A stretch of 64,000 nucleotides of DNA from the human T2T-CHM13v2.0 reference genome, Homo sapiens. Made by a program: the position numbers and the translations under genes. Below the pieces are notes generated by a model that was not told where the DNA came from, made no database searches, and saw only the letters and a list, made by a program, of their open reading frames with translations. The stretch spans positions 41,120,001 through 41,184,000 of the forward strand of contig CP068257.2 in assembly GCA_009914755.4 (NCBI GenBank), read 5' to 3'. Below are positions 55,640-64,000 of the stretch, piece after piece. Within the stretch, counting starts at the first letter, position 1. Every line of letters starts with the position of its first letter.

Positions 55640-56030
55640 GGAGAGTGTGTCAGCTAGCCCTGGCTGTGTAACAAACCTCCCCAACACTTAGTGGCTTGAA
55701 CAACAATGTTTATTATTTCTCACAGTTCTGAGGGTTGACAGGCAGATTTTTTGGTCTGACCAGCCCGGCTGGAGCTGGCTGGTTTACGATGGCCTCAGCC
55801 ACACGTCTGCCACTTCGTTTGCCAGCAGACTGCAGTTTCAAGCACACGTCTCTGTCATTGTGTGGCAGGCTAACAAGGCTCATTCACACGGTGACAGGTG
55901 GTTCCCAGCAGCCAGAGAATGTTAAGTCCTCCTAAGTCTCAAGCACTTTTCAAGTCTCAGTATGCACGGATCCTTACCTCTCATCGGCCACAGCAAATCA
56001 CATGGTCAAGCCCAAGTTTAAAAACTCGCT
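55640..56030 (+). repeat. Old MER-type interspersed repeat (same superfamily as 3790/14640/25870)
   Basis: ggctgtgtaacaaacctccccaacacttagtggcttgaacaacaatgtttattatttctcacagttctgagggttgacaggc...catcggccacagcaaatcacatggtcaagcccaagttt. Confidence 0.5.
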
Positions 56031-56033
56031 TCA

Positions 56034-56424
<391 letters not shown>

Positions 56425-56612
56425 TTTTGCAATCTACCAGAGTGAGGAAGATGGCTAAAAGCAAGATTGGGAGTCATTCTTCAAGCATCTGTCTTTAAAT
56501 GCCCTTTTCAGCTTTCTCTATCACCAAGTCCCTGCTGCTTTTTCTAACACTTTCAAGAGCTACTTGACTCCAGGGTCAGGGCACACCACAACCCTTTATT
56601 ATAAAGAACAGC

Positions 56613-56896
56613 TGAGGCCAGGCACTGTGGCTCACGCCTGTAATCCCAACAGTTTGGGAGGCCGAGGCAGGTGGATCACCTGAGATCAGGAGTTCAAGAT
56701 CAGCCTGGTCAATATGGCAAAACCCCATTTCTACTAAAAATACAAAAAAAAAAAAATTAGCTGGACGTGGTGGCACACACCTGTAATTCCAGCTACTCAG
56801 GAGGCTGAGGCAGGAGAATCGTTTGAACCTGGGACGTGGAGGTTACAGTGAGCCAAGATCGCCTGGGCACCAGAGTGAGACTTCGTCTCAAAAAAA
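56613..56896 (+). mobile_element. Alu SINE with a small deletion near its 3' end
   Basis: ggccaggcactgtggctcacgcctgtaatcccaacagtttgggaggccgaggcaggtggatcacctgagatcaggagttcaagatc...ggttacagtgagccaagatcgcctgggcaccagagtgagacttcgtctcaaaaaaaaaaaaaag. Confidence 0.92.
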
Positions 56897-57491
56897 AAAA
56901 AAAGAGAAAAGAAAGAATAGCTGAAACGTTAACTTGGCATCCGATGCTATTCTCCTCGAACTCACACTGAAGGATTCCACCTTCTAAGACTATTGAAACC
57001 CTCCATGCGGTGCTCCGAGAGACTGCCGGAGACCTGCTGCTGATCCAGTTAATGCTACCCCAGCACTGACGGGGTGTTGGTTACAACCAGCGTGAGTCAA
57101 GGAGGGAGTTAGCACCTAACTTCCAAGACTCAGGAGTGTGTAAAAAATGAGTGCCTTACATCTGGTGTTATTTTACCTCACCAGTTTTTATACATAGGTG
57201 TTTATTTTAGCCAGCCATCAAAGGGACCTTAAAAATGTAAAGAATTCTTACACATTCTCCTTGCAGCACAAATCTGTAATTAAGGGATTCTCAAAAACGA
57301 GTGCAAAGTTTTATTCTGAGACCCCCAGTGCTCACCGAAATTGTCACATTTGGCCTTCCACATGGTGGGAGAGCAGAGTCACTCAGTTTCTGCGAAGTTT
57401 AAAGGAGATTTGAAGCTTTCAGGCAACGCTGAGGAAGGTGGATAACAGTGTTTTACAAGTGGGAGAAACTTCAAATTAAACAAAGCACAGC

Positions 57492-57905
57492 CAGGTGCAG
57501 TGGCTCATACATGTAATCCAGCACTTTGGGAGGCTGAGGCGGGAGAATTGCTTGAACCCAGGAGGCAGACGTTGCACCATTGCACTCCAGCCTGGGCGAC
57601 AGAGACAGACTCTATCAGAAAAGAAAAAGAACAAAAGAAAGAAAAGAAAATTTACAAAATAAATATCCTTACAAAAATTAAAAATAATAATAATAAATAA
57701 ATAAAACAGGCCGGGCAAGACAGCTCACACTGTAATCCCAGCACTTTAGGAGGCCGAGGTGAGTGGATCACTTGAGGTCAGGAGTTCAAGACCAGCCTGG
57801 CCAACATGGCGAAACCCCGTCTGTACAAAAAATACAAAATTAGCCAGGCATGGTGGCGCACGCCTGTAATCCCAGCTACTTGGGAGGCTGAGGCAGGAGG
57901 ATCAC
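57492..57905 (+). mobile_element. Two adjacent degenerate Alu copies. 57492 to about 57710 is internally deleted with a long A/T-rich tail. 57712-57905 is 3'-truncated where it abuts an L1 3' end.
   Basis: ccaggtgcagtggctcatacatgtaatccagcactttgggaggctgaggcgggagaattgcttgaacccaggaggcagacgttgcaccattgcactccagcctgggcgacagagacagactctatc... ; ggccgggcaagacagctcacactgtaatcccagcactttaggaggccgaggtgagtggatcacttgaggtcaggagttcaagacc...ggctgaggcaggaggatcacctg. Confidence 0.85.
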
Positions 57906-58310
57906 CTGCACAGCCATAGAGAAAAAGGAAATCATGTCCTTTGCAGTAACGTGGGTGCAGTTGGAGGCCATTGTCTGAAGCGAATTAACGTAGGAAGGGA
58001 AGCCACATACCGCATTTGCTCACTTCCAAGTGGGAGCTGAACACTGAGTGCACAGGACGTAAAGAGGACAGCAACAGACATTGGAGACTATTAGACATGG
58101 GAGGGAGGAGCCAGGGCTGATAAACACCTACTGGGTACTATGCTCAGTACCTGGGTGACGGGATCAGTTGTACAAACATCAGATAAACACCTACTGGGTA
58201 CTATGCTTAGTACCTGGGTGATGGGATCAGTTGTACAAACATCAGCATCACGCAATGTACCCAGGTAACAAACCTGCACATGTACCCCCGAATCTAAAAT
58301 AAAAATTGAA
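57905..58310 (+). mobile_element. L1 3'-end fragment (L1P/L1M-type 3' UTR) containing an internal tandem duplication of a 63-bp unit (58120-58182 and 58183-58245)
   Basis: ...gaaatcatgtcctttgcagtaacgtgggtgcagttggaggccattgtctgaagcgaattaac...tgagtgcacaggacgtaaagaggacagcaacagacattggagactattagacatgggagggaggagccagggctg[ataaacacctactgggtactatgctcagtacctgggtgacgggatcagttgtacaaacatcag]x2 catcacgcaatgtacccaggtaacaaacctgcacatgtacccccgaatctaaaataaaaattg. Confidence 0.7.
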
Positions 58311-58357
58311 TTTTTTTTAAAAAAAGAACTTCTTATATTCTAGGCATAGTATGTTCA

Positions 58358-58735
<378 letters not shown>

Positions 58736-59179
58736 TTAAATTAAATTAATTACGGCAAGAGTAAGCAGCATTGTTGTTTGTTGACAAATGGCTTTGAGTT
58801 CTAAGACTGATCTTCATGATCATATCTGTGTATTAATGTATGTTATACATGAATATTCAATTCATGTAAGATTTCTGTTCACTACGTGGGTTACACAAGA
58901 CACAATAAAGCAAAATTTCAAAATAAGAAGAAAGCATATAGAGAGATCCCATGTGCCGTTATTCTACATACTCGTCCTCTGTTGGATATAGGGCTTGCAA
59001 ATAGTTCCTCCCAGTCTGTAATAAAAGGCCCCAGGTCTCCTCAATGCTCACATCTTCTCTAACATATCATGATGTCACAGGCAAGAATGGACAGTGACAC
59101 ACACGAGATTCAGAACACTCCCCAGCCACCTCCCAACTCACAGACATCCCTCCAGGGATCCACAGGATCCCTCCAGTGC

Positions 59180-59565
59180 CCCTTGTAAGACCCGTTTGTA
59201 TAACCATTGAGGACATCCAGGCTAGTCCACTGTTTGGCTTTGACAGGTAAATCTGCTATGAACATTGATCCACTGGTTGTTATGAACATGAGTCTTTGCC
59301 TGTCTGGGCGTGCCCAGGAGAGCAATCCTGGGGCTGTATAGTAATTGAACATGGAGTTTTGTAAGAAACTGCCAAACCGTTTTCCAGAACGGCTGCACCT
59401 TTTACATTCCCACCAGCAATGCACAAATCGGTTATCTTTTTGTTACTGACATCTAGTTTGATTCCCCTTTGGTCAAAGTACACATTCTGTATGATCCCAA
59501 CTCTTTTACATTTATTGGGGTTTAATTTATGGCTCATTATGCAATCCATCTTGGTACATGTTCCA
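59180..59565 (-). mobile_element. Old L1 fragment (ORF2 C-terminal region), antisense
   Basis: + strand reads antisense L1: ...aaactgccaaaccgttttccagaacggctgcaccttttacattcccaccagcaatgcacaaatcggttatc...ggtcaaagtacacattctgtatgatcccaactcttttacatttattggggtttaatttatggctcattatgcaatccatcttggtacatgttcc. The minus-strand ORFs are ORF2 remnants. Confidence 0.6.
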
Positions 59566-59592
59566 TGAACGTTTGAAACAAATGTGTACAGC

Positions 59593-59895
59593 CAGTCATG
59601 GTAGCTCACGCCTGTAATCCCAGCACTTTGGGAAGCCAAGGTAGTGGATTGCTTGAGCCCAAGAGTTTCAGACCAGCCTAGGCAAAATGGTGAGACCCCC
59701 ATCTCTACAAAAAATACAAAAATTAGCCAGGCGTGGTGGTGTGTGCCTGTAGTCTCAGTGGGAGGCTAAGGGAGGAGGATTGCTTGAGCCTGGGAAGCAG
59801 AGGTTGCTGTGAACTGAGATCGCACCACAGTGCTCCAGCCTGGGCAACAGAGTGAGACCCTGTCTCAACAAAAAAAGAAAGAAAAATAAAATAAA
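59593..59895 (+). mobile_element. Alu SINE
   Basis: agccagtcatggtagctcacgcctgtaatcccagcactttgggaagccaaggtagtggattgcttgagcccaagagtttcagacc...ccctgtctcaacaaaaaaagaaagaaaaataaaataaaag. Confidence 0.92.
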
Positions 59896-60487
59896 AGAAT
59901 GCGTACAGTGCTGTTGTTGGGTAGAGTTCTGTGAATGTGGAGAAGGTCATGTAGATTGACAGTGTGTTGAGTGCTTCTATGTCCTTGTTTGTTTTATGTC
60001 CAGCAACAATGGCAATGGTCTTTCACTGAGGGCTGCAGCCCCACCAGACAGTCATCTCCATGCAGCCATCTGCTCCACATCCAGGTGAGTCTCCTCTCTG
60101 CCATTTCAGACCTAAGGGAAGGCAGGAAAGGCACAGCTGCCTGCTCTCCCTAGCCCTGGAATACTGAGTTCTCTGCCCCCTGCCCACAGCTTTGTAAATA
60201 GTCCCATTACTAAACTTTCCTCAGTGACCCAGTTTTCCGTGATATCTCTGGCCCGCTGTGGCCTTATGACAGATATCCCAGGGGGCTACTGCCATTACCT
60301 AGGACTCCTATGGAAGAAATTCCCACTGAAAATGAGCTCACAGAGTGAGTCCATTAGGCTGTGGCTGTAATAAGATGCATAACGGAGACTTCCATTTCCT
60401 CTTAGAATGTAGAAAACTGCAAAGAACATTGCTCCCACACTAACAATGAGAACAGTCAGGTAATCCTCAACGCCACTGGAGAGGTGA

Positions 60488-60960
<473 letters not shown>

Positions 60961-61144
60961 AACTGACTTAGCAGGATTCTTTGCTAAAGCTGGACTTTAC
61001 AAGAAGTGCACAGATGGTCCTAAGAGAAGTTTCTGGAGCTTGACTAAATTTTGGTCAAGCAGATAATCTTATTACAGAGTATAGAAGAAACAGTGGCCAC
61101 CATATGGATGGACAAGAAAGATTCAGTAAAATTCTTAAAGGCGG

Positions 61145-61539
<395 letters not shown>

Positions 61540-61559
61540 TTAAGAAAGAGTGGGGACTG

Positions 61560-62002
<443 letters not shown>

Positions 62003-62172
62003 TTAAACCGTCTTGCTCCCAGGGCATAAGCAAAGCTCCATTGATTCTAGGGCAGAAGAAAGGGAAAATCCCATCTGCCCTCAGTTAATTTAGAAAGTTT
62101 ATGTTGTGAAGGTTGAGGACGCGCCTGTGACACAGCCTCAGGAGGTCCTGAGGTAAAGAAAGGCAGATTTGG

Positions 62173-62330
62173 CCAGGTGCGGTGGCTTCATGCCTGTAAT
62201 CCTAGCATTTTGGGAGGCCAAGGAGGGCGGATCACCTGAGGTCAGGAGTTCGAGACCAGCCTGGCCAACACGGTGAAACCCTGTCTCTACTAAAATTACA
62301 AAAATTAGCCAGGCATGGTGGCATGTACCT
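62173..62330 (+). mobile_element. Alu SINE, 3'-truncated (left arm plus start of right arm)
   Basis: ggccaggtgcggtggcttcatgcctgtaatcctagcattttgggaggccaaggagggcggatcacctgaggtcaggagttcgagacc...attagccaggcatggtggcatgtacc. Confidence 0.9.
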
Positions 62331-62689
62331 TACAACACGTGCCCAAGGTGGTCGGGGCACAGCTTGGTTTTATACATTTTAGGGAGACGTGAGACATCAA
62401 TCAATATAGGTAAGAAGTACATTGGTTCGGTCTAGAAAGGCAGGACAACCTGAAGCAAAGGCAGGAAGACTCGAAGCTGGGAGGGGGCTTGCGGGTCACA
62501 GGTGGGTGAGAGAGTTGCATTCTTTTGAGTTTCTGATTAGCCTTTCCAACAGAGGCCATCAGATATGCATCTATCTCAGTGGTGGGGGTGGGGGTGGTGA
62601 CATTGAATAGAATGGGAGGCAGGTTGGCCCTAAGCAGTTCTCAGCTTGACTTTTCCCTTTATTTATTTATTTAGCTAGTTAGTTAGTTA

Positions 62690-62976
62690 TTTTTGCAACG
62701 GAGTCTTGCTCTGTCACCCAGGCTGTAGCACAGTGGCGCGATCTTGGCTCACTGCAACTTCTGCCTCCTGGGTTCAAGCAATTCTCCCTGCCTCAGCCTC
62801 CCAAGTAGCTGGAACTACAGGCACGTGCCACCACGCCAGGCTAATTTTTGTATTTTTGGTAGAGACAGGTTTCACCATGTTGGCCAGGCTGGTCTCGAAC
62901 TCCTGACCTCAGGTGATCAGCCTGCCTCAGCCTCGCAAAGTGCTGAGGTTACAGGCGTGAGCCACCACGCCCAGCA
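62690..62976 (-). mobile_element. Alu SINE (antisense), TSD gacttttcccttta
   Basis: atttatttatttagctagttagttagttatttttgcaacggagtcttgctctgtcacccaggctgtagcacagtggcgcgatcttggctcactgcaac...ggcgtgagccaccacgcccagc. A 14-bp direct repeat flanks it. Confidence 0.95.
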
Positions 62977-63758
62977 GACTTTTCCCTTTAGCGTAGTGAT
63001 TTGGGGGTCCAAGATTTATTTTCCTTTCACACTATCTTGTTTCCAGGGCGTAAGCGAAGATCCACTGATTATAGGGGTGAAGAAAGGGCAAAACCTGTCT
63101 GCCCCAGGGAAGGGATGGAAAATACTCTTCCTCCAGGACCTTGGCAAAAATCCACCCCCCCGAAGGAATGGTCAAGGGTGTGGACATGGGGCCAGATGGG
63201 AAACTGCCACCCAAGACCAACCACAGAGAAAAGGTGCTGCGGGGCGCCATACAGAGAGGAGAGCAGGGATGCTTGGAGACCGCCTCCCTCTGAGCTGCAA
63301 ACCTGCAGGCACAGCTGAAAGCTGGGGGCAGGGGGGTGGGTAGGAGCCTGAGAAGGACCCCCGGCATGAGGTGGCTGCCTCCCACAGCTTGAGGAATTTG
63401 AAGTCTCCAGTGCGGTGCACTGAGATGACCATTACAACAAACCCACACCCAGCCCAACTGCTGACTAGATGGTGGTCTCACCGCCCCCACCAAGAACCTG
63501 GAGAAGATGAGACAGGCCAATTTCCAGGCGCAAGGAGTCTGCCTACTTGTTCTAGTGATCACCGAGAGGGCACTGTAGATGTCTCCAGCTCTAGTTGTGG
63601 ATTTGTTTATTTCAGTGTTTGTTCTTTCCAATTTTTTTGTATATTTTGAAGCTCTGTTGTTAGGTATACACACATGTAGGATTGTGATGTCCTAATGAAG
63701 ACTTCATCGCGGGTGCAACTGGCTGGGGCCAGCGTCATGGTCAGTAAAAGGATTTACC

Positions 63759-63935
63759 GGCCAGGCACGGTGGCTCACACCTGTAATCCCAGCAGTCTGA
63801 GAGGCCGAGGCAGGAGGATGACCTGAGGTCAGGAGTTCGAGACCAGCCTGGCCAACATGGCGAAACCCCATCTCTACTAAAAATACAAAAATTAGCAGAG
63901 CATGGTGGCGGGCACCTGTAATCCCAGCTACTCGT
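63759..63935 (+). mobile_element. Alu SINE, 3'-truncated
   Basis: ggccaggcacggtggctcacacctgtaatcccagcagtctgagaggccgaggcaggaggatgacctgaggtcaggagttcgagacc...agcagagcatggtggcgggcacctgtaatcccagctactcg. Confidence 0.9.
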
Positions 63936-64000
63936 GTGGGATATGATGAGGTTTCTCTTCAAATAATCTGATCAATCTTTTATTCTTTAATTCATAGTGC

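Overview
This is human genomic DNA, recognisable from the dense primate Alu content and a hominid-specific SVA insert. It matches the 3' two-thirds of the cGMP-specific phosphodiesterase gene PDE9A (chr21q22.3, + strand) plus about 20 kb of downstream intergenic sequence. I reconstructed 16 consecutive PDE9A coding exons (151..43772) by translating the sequence and matching GT-AG splice sites. Together they encode ...AGVEDKRTTSRGQSAERPL... through the catalytic-domain motifs HNFRHCFCV / HDLDHPG / ATDMARH to the C-terminus ...VKNSEGDCA*. The stop is TGA at 43770..43772. No other protein-coding gene could be supported, and the rest of the window is interspersed repeats and simple repeats. The interspersed repeats are about 38 Alu copies on both strands (many with intact target-site duplications), a 5'-truncated SVA 3.2 kb downstream of the stop, old L1 fragments, two MaLR solo LTRs, four copies of an old MER-type repeat, and one MIR. 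The simple repeats are a compound GATA/GGAT STR, a second (GGAT)n satellite, a 0.5 kb TG-rich tract and a 0.7 kb CA-rich tract that flank the catalytic-domain exons, a polypyrimidine tract, a C/A-rich minisatellite, and small 47-bp and 34-bp triplicated repeats. Points worth a second look include an in-frame, stop-free 120-nt intron next to a 180-nt symmetric cassette exon, and complementary UG-rich and CA-rich intronic tracts bracketing exons that sum to 693 nt (in-frame). Others are inverted Alu pairs in the last intron with an antisense Alu 44 nt from the terminal exon, an unclear poly(A) site, the SVA insertion, and an isolated CpG-island-like segment about 6 kb downstream of the gene. There is nothing prokaryotic here (no CRISPR or operons). 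All coordinates of repeats are approximate (±10 nt). Exon boundaries are exact to the splice dinucleotides as read.
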